Source: a virus
Length of the DNA stretch: 64,000 nt
IMG/VR virus record: IMGVR_UViG_3300044971_004534
Reading direction: 5' to 3' (one strand)
A model generated the notes under the pieces. The model did not search any database. It saw only the letters and a program-made list of their open reading frames with translations, and was not told the DNA's origin. This document shows, piece after piece, positions 9,187-16,399 of the stretch; position 1 is the first letter of the stretch, and each line of letters begins with the position of its first letter. The translations under genes and the position numbers were made by a program.

Positions 9187-9209
9187 AATTAAAGCTTGTA
9201 ATATATTAC

Positions 9210-9662
9210 ATGTTTAAAGTAAATGATATTAAAATATCAAAATATGACTGGATCAATATCGGCATACATGCTGGTTGGATCAAGACATCTCATATGGGGC
9301 ACGCTCCAAATGTCTACGATATGACTGCGCATATGTTGCATTACAGAAGCTTGTACGAAGAACACATCAGTCCTGTTATAAAAAAATTGGCAGTTCATTT
9401 GCAAAAAGGTCTTTTTAATAAAGAAATGGCTTTGGCTTCTTTTGAAAGAATTGCTCATAAAGGAATAGAAATGTATATTAAGGAGCATGGTGAAATAGAC
9501 GTGACTCCAATGATTGTAAGATCTATAGCTGAAAACTTATTAGACAACTACATGGAAGAGATAACAGATGAGCTTTTGACTATAAGTGACGAAAATATTG
9601 TGTCGAAAAATAAGGATGAGAAGAAAAAAGCTCCCAATAAACGCAGAGACCGTAATCCATAG
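9210..9662 (+). CDS. hypothetical protein with N-terminal W-x3-G-x3-GW tag
   Basis: N-terminus MFKVNDIKISKYDWINIGIHAGWIKTSHMG matches the K[ILM]S..[DE]W...G...GW motif shared with 20639, 21839, 28060, 47729, 48968 and 49758. Confidence 0.7.
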   Translation: MFKVNDIKISKYDWINIGIHAGWIKTSHMGHAPNVYDMTAHMLHYRSLYEEHISPVIKKLAVHLQKGLFNKEMALASFERIAHKGIEMYIKEHGEIDVTPMIVRSIAENLLDNYMEEITDELLTISDENIVSKNKDEKKKAPNKRRDRNP

Positions 9663-9930
9663 CAGATACGGTCAACCTAGATACATAACAAGAGTTTCTA
9701 AAAAAGAATACCTCATACGTGGGGTGTCTAGTTTTATTAGAATGGGATACTCTGATGACTTAAAAGCTGAGTATGAATTTGTGGACTTTGACGGCGGACC
9801 TTTCCTTCAGGTTGGCGACATACTGCTTATGAATGTGCAGTATCAAGAAAATAAAAAAATAGTATCGCTTAAGCCAAGTGATAGCCCTCAAGAAGGCGAT
9901 ATGACTGCTGTACTTGTGGAGGTAGAATGA
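9616..9930 (+). CDS. hypothetical protein (start uncertain)
   Basis: Listed ORF 9586..9930 starts at a GTG. The first ATG at 9616 overlaps the upstream gene by 47 nt in the +1 frame. The 3' end is coupled (ATGA) to the next gene. Confidence 0.5.
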   Translation: MRRKKLPINAETVIHSRYGQPRYITRVSKKEYLIRGVSSFIRMGYSDDLKAEYEFVDFDGGPFLQVGDILLMNVQYQENKKIVSLKPSDSPQEGDMTAVLVEVE

Positions 9931-10229
9931 AAAATTACAATTTTTTTGATCAGTTTACTGATGAAGAAGTGACTGATTGGCTAAAAGATCAATTCTATCG
10001 TATCTCTGAAGATGTTTGGATGGCTAGCTGGATAGTTGGACTAGAGCGTAAGTTATGGGACTTAGTCCACAGTTCAGATGATCACTTAGGTCACATAGAC
10101 AGGGCGCTGATACTTCAGGCAAGTGAGAAAATTGGGGGGTGGATAAAATGGGACAACTTAAACCAGGGTCCAGTCTTCATTACAAAAGAAAAATGGCTGC
10201 TTGAGTGTATGTCTCACGATAAGGATTAA
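9927..10229 (+). CDS. hypothetical protein
   Basis: 100-aa ORF with an ATGA overlap to the upstream stop. Confidence 0.65.
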   Translation: MKNYNFFDQFTDEEVTDWLKDQFYRISEDVWMASWIVGLERKLWDLVHSSDDHLGHIDRALILQASEKIGGWIKWDNLNQGPVFITKEKWLLECMSHDKD

Positions 10230-10232
10230 AAA

Positions 10233-10634
10233 ATGGACATTAGCATAGAAAAAGAGATTGTGCTGCGATCTTGGTCATTATTTTATGAAAAAGAACCAGA
10301 GACTACAGATGTAGGTTTTGAAATGTCATGTGATAATGGATGGAAAGATATTATTATGACAGCATGTATAGAAATGCATCACTATAATATTAGAAAACAA
10401 GCACATGATCTTGCTTATACCCCAGTTAGAATTGAACAGATTAAAGAAAAGTTTGGATCATTAAGGATATACACTACTGGTGGAGACAATTGGACAAACG
10501 GAGTTATAGACATGGCTGAATCAATGTCTAAACTAGTTTGTGAAGTTAGTGGAGATAGGGGGCATCACTGTAGAAAAGGTTCTAATTTAAAAACTTTAAG
10601 TAAAAAAATTGCTGACCAACACGGCTATACTTAA
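10233..10634 (+). CDS. conserved phage protein (IKEKFG-LR-Y motif)
   Basis: Contains IEQIKEKFGSLRIYTTG. I recall this motif from small phage proteins of unknown function but have not verified it. Confidence 0.6.
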   Translation: MDISIEKEIVLRSWSLFYEKEPETTDVGFEMSCDNGWKDIIMTACIEMHHYNIRKQAHDLAYTPVRIEQIKEKFGSLRIYTTGGDNWTNGVIDMAESMSKLVCEVSGDRGHHCRKGSNLKTLSKKIADQHGYT

Positions 10635-10662
10635 TGTTAACAGAAGGATGTGGAATAGCATT

Positions 10663-10672
10663 TTAGTATAAA
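10663..10672 (+). promoter_or_regulatory. candidate -10-like promoter element ttaGTATAAA
   Basis: One of four intergenic copies of [AT]T[AT]GTATAAA. Three of them lie ~40-47 nt upstream of + strand start codons; this one is upstream of 10705. Confidence 0.25.
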
Positions 10673-10704
10673 AATATACAGCTATTTACATTAAAGGATA
10701 AAAT

Positions 10705-11241
10705 ATGAACAAATTTTCATGGACATTAAATGACACCGGATGGAGTATACAAAAGGTGGCTCAAGCTCCAACTGCAGAGCAAATGCAAGAAGTGGTAAGA
10801 AAGGCTAAGGATCAGAAAGAACAAGAAGCAAGCAAGGCTATGCAGGCAGTAACAGGAAAACCCCTAGCTTCAACGCTAGAGGGTCAGCGGCAACAAATGG
10901 CCAACATTGGCCAGGATGCAGCAATCAACATGGCAAATAAAGCCGGTTTAAAGGGCTCAAATGTAAAAGATATGATTGGCAACACTATATCTAGCCATCC
11001 TGGGTTCAGTGCTGTGATGAGTGCATTGAGTCCAAGCAGAGAACAAGCTATAAGTCAATTGTCAGATCCAGCTTGGCGTAAAAGCACTTTGCAAAATCTA
11101 CAAGCCAAGTTGGACAAGAGGATGGGTAATCCAAAAGCAGATCAACAAGTTATATCAATTTTGAAGTCACATATTGACCTAATTAATGCTGTTGAATCTG
11201 GAAAAATGACACCTGAACAGGCTTACGCTCAAGGTAAATAA
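10705..11241 (+). CDS. hypothetical protein, distant tag-like N-terminus (KFSWTLNDTGWSIQKVAQ)
   Basis: 178-aa ORF with AAAGGATAAAAT before the ATG. Alanine/glutamine-rich helical sequence. Confidence 0.65.
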   Translation: MNKFSWTLNDTGWSIQKVAQAPTAEQMQEVVRKAKDQKEQEASKAMQAVTGKPLASTLEGQRQQMANIGQDAAINMANKAGLKGSNVKDMIGNTISSHPGFSAVMSALSPSREQAISQLSDPAWRKSTLQNLQAKLDKRMGNPKADQQVISILKSHIDLINAVESGKMTPEQAYAQGK

Positions 11242-11269
11242 ATCAAAACTGCACGCAAAGTACATTAAA

Positions 11270-11386
11270 ATGATTTATATTAAAACAGCTAAATGGTCTG
11301 AAAAGTACAAAAGATCTATCAATTGTTCAAGGCCAAAAGGCTTTAGTCAAAAAGCTCATTGTGCTGGAAGAAAAAAGAAAAAGTAG
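11270..11386 (+). CDS. small basic Cys-containing protein (38 aa), below the ORF-track cutoff
   Basis: MIYIKTAKWSEKYKRSINCSRPKGFSQKAHCAGRKKKK. I recall the SEKYK.SI.C..PKGFSQ.AHC.GRKK pattern from small phage/virus proteins. A terminator follows. Confidence 0.5.
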   Translation: MIYIKTAKWSEKYKRSINCSRPKGFSQKAHCAGRKKKK

Positions 11387-11391
11387 CAAAT

Positions 11392-11424
11392 AGATAAGGG
11401 GCAGGTAAGACCTGCCCCTTATCT
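11392..11424. terminator. bidirectional rho-independent terminator
   Basis: Perfect 14-bp stem agataaggggcagg / cctgccccttatct with loop taaga. It lies between convergent 11270..11386 (+) and 11443..11610 (-). Confidence 0.8.
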
Positions 11425-11442
11425 ATTTATGTAATATAAAAA

Positions 11443-11610
11443 TTAGTTGCCAGCAACGGTGTTGACTAACTTGCCAACCCATGTGCCAATAAGACCAACA
11501 CCCTTGACGGTGAATGGAAGTACGGCGAGGAAAAGTACCCAGTGAACTGGGCTCTTCCAGCAGAAACCGCCCATGATTGGGCACTTTGAGCACTGATTAG
11601 ATGAATCCAT
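11443..11610 (-). CDS. small Cys-containing membrane protein (55 aa), below the ORF-track cutoff
   Basis: MDSSNQCSKCPIMGGFCWKSPVHWVLFLAVLPFTVKGVGLIGTWVGKLVNTVAGN. AAAGGAGAA lies 8 nt upstream. It starts 19 nt after the beta-barrel gene stop and shares that gene's elevated GC. Confidence 0.55.
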   Translation of the reverse strand: MDSSNQCSKCPIMGGFCWKSPVHWVLFLAVLPFTVKGVGLIGTWVGKLVNTVAGN

Positions 11611-11629
11611 AATATTGTTCTCCTTTCAA

Positions 11630-12397
11630 TTAGAACTTGACTGAACCACCAAAGCGAACGATAAGATCAAGCGGCGAACCCGTGTATTGAGCGAATGGGA
11701 CATCAACTCCGAAGTTGAGGTCTGCATTGGGGCAAACGCTCCAGTTGAGTGCTGGACCGATTGTGCTCAAGCTGTCTCCGCTATCAAGATACCAGAAATT
11801 ATAATTAACTGCCAAATCAAGCTTATCAACAAGCTCATAAGCAAGATCTGCATTAACATTCATGATGTCTTCTGTAGTAAAGCCGCCAAAAACTGGGATA
11901 TAGTCACCATTAGTGTTAAATTCCCAATTCATGCCAGCACCCCAGGTCAACTTGTCAACAAAGGTAGTTCCCTCTGTGGCAAGGCCAAGGACTACGTTTA
12001 CGCTGTTACCACCGTAGCCAGCAGAGCTGGTTGGGAGCTTAACATCAACCGACAGGTCAGCCTTATCCATAAAGCTCAGGGGCTTGTGGACGAACGTCCA
12101 ATCTGCGCCCAAGTCAAGCATGCCTGCACCGGTGACTCCGTCAGTATAAACTGGCAAGGTCAGGTGGGTAGTAAGATCCTTAATTGGGGTCTGCCAGTTA
12201 AGCTGCTGAACAAACTGGGTAACGTTGCCAGTGTCCAGGTTGTAGAAATTGATCTTTTCATCAAAGCTAAAGTCGTTTAGCTTGAAGAAAGATGCAAATC
12301 CACTGTCGTTTGTCGCAACAGCAGGCTGAGCTGTCTGAGCCAAGGCTGAGACACTAAGTACTGATGCTCCGACGATTCCAATGATCGTTTCCTTCAT
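11630..12397 (-). CDS. outer-membrane beta-barrel (porin-like) protein
   Basis: Signal peptide MKETIIGIVGASVLSVSALAQTA. Alternating amphipathic strands (DLAVNYNFWYL, DLNFGVDVPF). The C-terminal RFGGSVKF ends in Phe, as OMP barrels do. Two sampled 60-nt lines are 52-57% GC versus ~25-35% in flanking genes. Confidence 0.75.
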   Translation of the reverse strand: MKETIIGIVGASVLSVSALAQTAQPAVATNDSGFASFFKLNDFSFDEKINFYNLDTGNVTQFVQQLNWQTPIKDLTTHLTLPVYTDGVTGAGMLDLGADWTFVHKPLSFMDKADLSVDVKLPTSSAGYGGNSVNVVLGLATEGTTFVDKLTWGAGMNWEFNTNGDYIPVFGGFTTEDIMNVNADLAYELVDKLDLAVNYNFWYLDSGDSLSTIGPALNWSVCPNADLNFGVDVPFAQYTGSPLDLIVRFGGSVKF

Positions 12398-12500
12398 AAA
12401 GTCTCCTTTTTCAAAAGGTGTGAACTATTCTTTTCGGCAAAAACGAGGAACTTCCTCTGCCTACCCCTATCTATATCCTTGCAGAGGGACGGGACTGTAA
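12398..12500 (-). promoter_or_regulatory. possible structured 5' leader of the beta-barrel gene
   Basis: About 100 nt upstream of the ATG at 12397. cctctgc (12454-12460) can pair with gcagagg (12481-12487). The same cctc can alternatively pair with gagg in the near-palindrome gaggaacttcctc (12445-12457). These are mutually exclusive helices. Confidence 0.25.
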
Positions 12501-12594
12501 GAAATTAAAATTAAAAAATTGTATAACCATATTGTTACTCATTAAAAAGGTAAAGAGTATTTTTTAAGTAAATATATGTTATATAGGGATATTT

Positions 12595-13212
12595 ATGGCT
12601 AATTCAAAAACACTTTATATCATGAGAGGACTGCCTGGCAGTGGCAAAAGTGCCGTTGCAGAAGTTTTAGCTCCAGGAAACGTATATGCTGCTGACGACT
12701 TTCCTGGTTTGTATGGAAAAGATATGAGCTTTAATCCATCTCTGCTAGGAAAGGCGCATGCAGCAACGCAAAGCAAAGTAATTGAGGCTATGGATCGCGG
12801 TGAGCCCAAGATAGCATTGGCCAATACCAACACCCAACACTGGGAGATGGCTCCTTATGTGAAAGCAGCACAAGAAAAAGGCTATTATGTAACTTTTGTG
12901 CATGTTGAGGGAACGGTTGCACCTACTGGAAGTAGTACAAAAAACATTCATGGAGTACCAGATGAAGCTCTTTCAAGAATGAAGGCTCGTTTTGAGCCAT
13001 TTGACCCAGCTAGGCGTCTTGAAGAAAGATCTCCGATGCCACCCAAGAAAGAAAGTCAGGAACATATGAGTTGGTACAAAGAAGCTAAGAAGAAAAAAGA
13101 ATATAATCCTAACCCATGGGCTGTTTGCACAGAATCTGTTGGTAGAGAAGATAAGAAGAAGTATGAAAGTTGCGTAATGCAGGTAAAAAAGAAACAGGGT
13201 AAAAAGAAATGA
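12595..13212 (+). CDS. P-loop kinase (AAA_33 / polynucleotide-kinase-like) fused in frame to a small basic WYK/NPWAVC module
   Basis: Walker A in YIMRGLPGSGKSAVAE, and ALANTNTQHW typical of predicted kinases. The C-terminal 48 aa are MSWYKEAKKKKEYNPNPWAVCTESVGREDKKKYESCVMQVKKKQGKKK. Confidence 0.7.
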   Translation: MANSKTLYIMRGLPGSGKSAVAEVLAPGNVYAADDFPGLYGKDMSFNPSLLGKAHAATQSKVIEAMDRGEPKIALANTNTQHWEMAPYVKAAQEKGYYVTFVHVEGTVAPTGSSTKNIHGVPDEALSRMKARFEPFDPARRLEERSPMPPKKESQEHMSWYKEAKKKKEYNPNPWAVCTESVGREDKKKYESCVMQVKKKQGKKK

Positions 13213-13424
13213 AAAAGAACTTATTTAAGTTAGCTTCAGAGCAAGCGCATGGCATGACAAAAGAAAAAATAAAGCAAATTGTTCTTTTAGCACACGTTTT
13301 AGACAAACATATAGATGATGTTCCAGTTGAAGGATGGGTTCTTGAACACATCACAACGGCCCATGATGACCTGCTGGAAGTTGCTAGCTATTTTAGACAA
13401 CTAGCTGATTCTAAAAAGTCCTAA
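13209..13424 (+). CDS. hypothetical protein
   Basis: 71-aa ORF with an ATGA overlap to the upstream gene. Two hairpins follow it. Confidence 0.6.
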   Translation: MKKNLFKLASEQAHGMTKEKIKQIVLLAHVLDKHIDDVPVEGWVLEHITTAHDDLLEVASYFRQLADSKKS

Positions 13425-13434
13425 TAAAAAAAGT

Positions 13435-13500
13435 CCCACCCTCAAGGGGTGAGGGTGGGGGCTCTGGGAACTTGCGCTCAACCTTACGGGAGCGCGCAAG
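13435..13500 (+). terminator. tandem GC-rich hairpins (terminator, possibly more)
   Basis: Hairpin 1: cccaccctca agggg tgagggtggg (13435-13459). Hairpin 2: cttgcgc(tc)...(gag)cgcgcaag (13471-13500), followed by T-rich sequence. Confidence 0.6.
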
Positions 13501-13599
13501 TGATGTGTTGTTTATATTTTTACTAATACTTTTTACATAATACCTTTGAGGTTTTTTGTATATTTGTTTGTAATCAATATTGTTATTTAGGAGAAAACT

Positions 13600-14589
13600 A
13601 TGGCAAAAAATATACCGTCCTTAATTAGCTGGAACAAGCTTGCAGAGAACATTGTAAAAAGAGAAGATTTAATCAAAACAGCTGCAAAAAAAGAAAAAGA
13701 TTCAGACTACGACGATAAGGGCAACAAAAAAATTGTTACAGACTCTGGCGGAAGAGAATTTGGGCCCAGAAAAGGACTTGAAGGACCATTTAAAGCCACA
13801 AGTGGACATAAAGGCGTATATTACTATGATCCAAAAGAAGGCAAGTACTATTGTCCATATACGGACATGTATCTTGAAGAGAAGCCAGGATCAGAGACTG
13901 TCAAGGAATCATCAGCAATATACGACGTAATCTGCAGAGATGGATCGATCAATAAAACCGTGTCAGTCATAGCAGAATCTGCATCTGAAGCTTTTAGCAA
14001 GGCTGCATCTATGTCAGATAAATACAACATTAATTGGAATAATTCAAATGTCGAAGTTGAAGCATCGTTCGAACCTTGGACAGAGATATTAAAAATTGCT
14101 AGGCACAGACATGAAAAAATGTCACTAGAAGCAGCTGTTGAAAAACTAGTGGATTCACATCTTTCGAAAGAAAACTCAGATCTACCAGAAGATGAAGATT
14201 CTAATAAGCTTTCGGTATACCTTGGCCAAGTCCACGTTATGCTCGATGTTATGGAGCGAGTCACTGGGCATGAGGTTGAAAGAGAGCAGTTGCTTAATGC
14301 AATTGCTAAAGAAGCTGCAAAGCGCAACGTGGATTTAGAGATTGGAGGACATCCAGAGGAAGCTTATCTTTTGCTTGACAAGCCAGTGATGGAGGAAATG
14401 AAGACTGCCGCAAAAAAGAAAAAATCTAAAGCAGGCAAAAATAAGCCGACCAATCCATCTTTGTGGGCAAGAGCTAAAGCAGCTGCAAAGGCAAAGTTTG
14501 ACGTATATCCTAGTGCATATGCAAACGGCTGGGCTGTTCAGTGGTATAAAAAGCGCGGTGGAGGATGGCGAAAGGGTAAAAAGAAGTAA
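13600..14589 (+). CDS. hypothetical protein with conserved basic C-terminal PSAYANGW..WYKKRGG motif
   Basis: AGGAGAAAACT lies before the ATG. The C-terminus NPSLWARAKAAAKAKFDVYPSAYANGWAVQWYKKRGGGWRKGKKK is a motif I recall from phage and giant-virus proteins. The N-terminus SLISWNKLAEN resembles the tag. Confidence 0.7.
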   Translation: MAKNIPSLISWNKLAENIVKREDLIKTAAKKEKDSDYDDKGNKKIVTDSGGREFGPRKGLEGPFKATSGHKGVYYYDPKEGKYYCPYTDMYLEEKPGSETVKESSAIYDVICRDGSINKTVSVIAESASEAFSKAASMSDKYNINWNNSNVEVEASFEPWTEILKIARHRHEKMSLEAAVEKLVDSHLSKENSDLPEDEDSNKLSVYLGQVHVMLDVMERVTGHEVEREQLLNAIAKEAAKRNVDLEIGGHPEEAYLLLDKPVMEEMKTAAKKKKSKAGKNKPTNPSLWARAKAAAKAKFDVYPSAYANGWAVQWYKKRGGGWRKGKKK

Positions 14590-15362
14590 TGTCTAGAGAT
14601 AGACAAATATTTTCGCTAGCACAGTTGTTGACAGAATCAAATGGAGGTTTTGTTAGTCAATTTGACCGCACAATATCTTATTTGCAAAATAAAAATAAGA
14701 TACTTTTTGTTACCACCTCTAATAGATTTCAGATGAAAAAAGTGCCAATTGACATTCCTAAATCAACAAAAATAGCTTTAGCTATGGCTTCTAAATTGGA
14801 TGAAAAAGTTACGATTGTTGATGCCGCAAAATTGAAAATTGACATATGCGAAGGAAATGTATCGAGAATGGACGGCAACAGCTGTGGTACAAAAGAAAGT
14901 TTACTAAAAGACAAAGAAAAAAATCCATCAGGCTATCATAGATGCTGGGCGTCTTTAAATAACCCAAATGATGAACTTTGGAAAATAACAAAACCACTTT
15001 TTGAAAGTGATGCTGTTGTTTTTTTTGGATCTATAAGATGGGGTCAGGCTAATAGTATATATCAGAAGGTAATTGAAAGATTATCTTGGATTGAAAACAG
15101 ACATTCAAACTTGGGTGAAGAAAATGTTGTTGCAAAAATAGATGCTGGATGTATATTTACTGGTCATAATTTTAATGGCAATAATGCAATTGAATTACAA
15201 AAGAAAAATATGGAGTTTTTTGGATTTAATACGCCAGATGACTTGTTTTGGAACTGGCAATGGACTGAAGATGAGACAGATGAAAGTCAAAAAGGATATA
15301 AAGAAGATGCAAAAGATTTCAACAGAATTATAAAACTTACCATTAAGGGCAAAGAAACATGA
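14589..15362 (+). CDS. flavodoxin-fold protein (NAD(P)H-dependent FMN reductase / iron-sulfur flavoprotein-like), putative
   Basis: Pattern KILFVTTSNR ... KIDICEGNVS..DGNSCG ... SDAVVFFGSIRWGQANSIYQKVIERL resembles the Isf/FMN_red layout. This is motif level only. Confidence 0.4.
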   Translation: MSRDRQIFSLAQLLTESNGGFVSQFDRTISYLQNKNKILFVTTSNRFQMKKVPIDIPKSTKIALAMASKLDEKVTIVDAAKLKIDICEGNVSRMDGNSCGTKESLLKDKEKNPSGYHRCWASLNNPNDELWKITKPLFESDAVVFFGSIRWGQANSIYQKVIERLSWIENRHSNLGEENVVAKIDAGCIFTGHNFNGNNAIELQKKNMEFFGFNTPDDLFWNWQWTEDETDESQKGYKEDAKDFNRIIKLTIKGKET

Positions 15363-15637
15363 ATGGATGGACTCATAAAAATAACAAAATAAGCAAGGTT
15401 TATCACACGAGGAACTGGGGCTCTAGCTCTAGTTTTTTTTATTTTATATCTAAATTGTCAGAACTTTGCAATCACCATCCTTCTATTGAGATAAAATATG
15501 ATTCTGTAAAAATAGAACTTGGCAGTCACGAATTAGGTAAGGTGACAAAAATTGATACAGAAATGGCAAAATACATTGATCAGTATTTTGAAAAGCATAA
15601 AGAAAGTTTGGGCAAAAATGAAAAAGAGAAAGAATAA
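15359..15637 (+). CDS. phhB: pterin-4a-carbinolamine dehydratase (PCD/DCoH family)
   Basis: CNHHPSIEIKYDSVKIELGSHELGKVTKIDTEMAKYID matches the PCD signature HHP.i...y..v.i.l.tH..g.vt..D...A..id. The 92-aa size is typical. ATGA-coupled to the upstream gene. Confidence 0.75.
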   Translation: MNGWTHKNNKISKVYHTRNWGSSSSFFYFISKLSELCNHHPSIEIKYDSVKIELGSHELGKVTKIDTEMAKYIDQYFEKHKESLGKNEKEKE

Positions 15638-15881
15638 AAACAAAAAAGGAAGACAGGCAGAAAACTATATTTACATACCTGCGCTAGACGATAATGGATG
15701 CGTTATTAAGTTGTTATTAACAGAAAGAGAGTATGCAGCAGCAGTAAAGCGTGCTTCTTCCAATCCTGAAGATACTTTTGGAGATGTTATAGCTTTTCAA
15801 GTTATAAACAACCAGATAAGTCAATTAATTGGTACAGTTGAACAGAATAATTTTAATCAATCTGGACAGTCAATAGGATAG
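15618..15881 (+). CDS. hypothetical basic protein
   Basis: The internal ATG of listed ORF 15552..15881 gives MKKRKNKNKKGRQAENYIYIP and overlaps the PCD gene end by 20 nt. Confidence 0.5.
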   Translation: MKKRKNKNKKGRQAENYIYIPALDDNGCVIKLLLTEREYAAAVKRASSNPEDTFGDVIAFQVINNQISQLIGTVEQNNFNQSGQSIG

Positions 15882-16069
15882 TCTTCTACGTAAGGATCTG
15901 GTGGCATGTCGTCGTAACCTAAAAGATCATCAGCAGTTTCAAAGTATCGCATTTGCTTAATATAAAAAAAGCTTCTTTTTGCAGAATTAAAATCAGCCCA
16001 ACAACCAGATGGTATTGAGCTGATTTTTTGATTAAAACAATAAGACCTAAAACCGTTAGACCATATCAT
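15857..16069 (-). CDS. small Cys-containing protein, last gene of a 3-gene membrane cassette
   Basis: 70-aa ORF whose start overlaps the upstream stop (TAATG). Confidence 0.5.
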   Translation of the reverse strand: MIWSNGFRSYCFNQKISSIPSGCWADFNSAKRSFFYIKQMRYFETADDLLGYDDMPPDPYVEDYPIDCPD

Positions 16070-16389
16070 TAGTTTTGTGTGGTGCCTGTTCCACTTGGCT
16101 TGTCTGCAATCCCATCTCCATCTCTATCTTTTTCGTCTTTGATTAAACCGTCGTCACATATCATGGGCTTTCTGATAAACTCACGATATGCCCACATGAA
16201 GGCAATAATGACAACAGGAAAGTACCAAAGAGTCCAGCCATAAGATGGCTTCGCAGAACCCTCCTGAGCAATCTGGTCTTTCAACTGCATCATCACAACA
16301 TTGTCACTAGTGTTGTCAGGAACAATAGTGGGTGTAGTATCACACGCTGTCAAGACGAGAATGATTATGCATAAATATATGTATTTCAT
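16069..16389 (-). CDS. lipoprotein with an additional transmembrane helix (spanin-like architecture)
   Basis: The ATG at 16389 has AAGGAG 7 nt upstream. MKYIYLCIIILVLTAC contains a lipobox (LTAC). A second hydrophobic helix is WTLWYFPVVIIAFMWAY, followed by an acidic tail DKDRDGDGIAD. Confidence 0.7.
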   Translation of the reverse strand: MKYIYLCIIILVLTACDTTPTIVPDNTSDNVVMMQLKDQIAQEGSAKPSYGWTLWYFPVVIIAFMWAYREFIRKPMICDDGLIKDEKDRDGDGIADKPSGTGTTQN

Positions 16390-16399
16390 GTGATACTCC

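Noticed and set aside
9621-9632. A-rich run as a -1 programmed frameshift site joining 9210..9662 to 9586..9930
   Set aside because: The downstream ORF is in the +1 frame, not the -1 frame, relative to the upstream gene. No stimulatory structure is evident. The junction is kept only as a low-interest note.
11687-12280. 197-aa plus-strand ORF
   Set aside because: It is the antisense shadow of the beta-barrel gene. It has no RBS, and its composition mirrors the high-GC coding strand opposite. The minus-strand product has a signal peptide and a barrel C-terminus.
13848-14327. 159-aa minus-strand ORF. Similar long antisense ORFs occur at 18069..18476, 18486..18716, 19274..19949, 20796..21268, 25204..25776 and 26814..27278.
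   Set aside because: All lie wholly inside longer opposite-strand genes with recognisable motifs (SNF2, glf and others). They have low-complexity or Cys/Phe-rich junk-like translations and no RBS.
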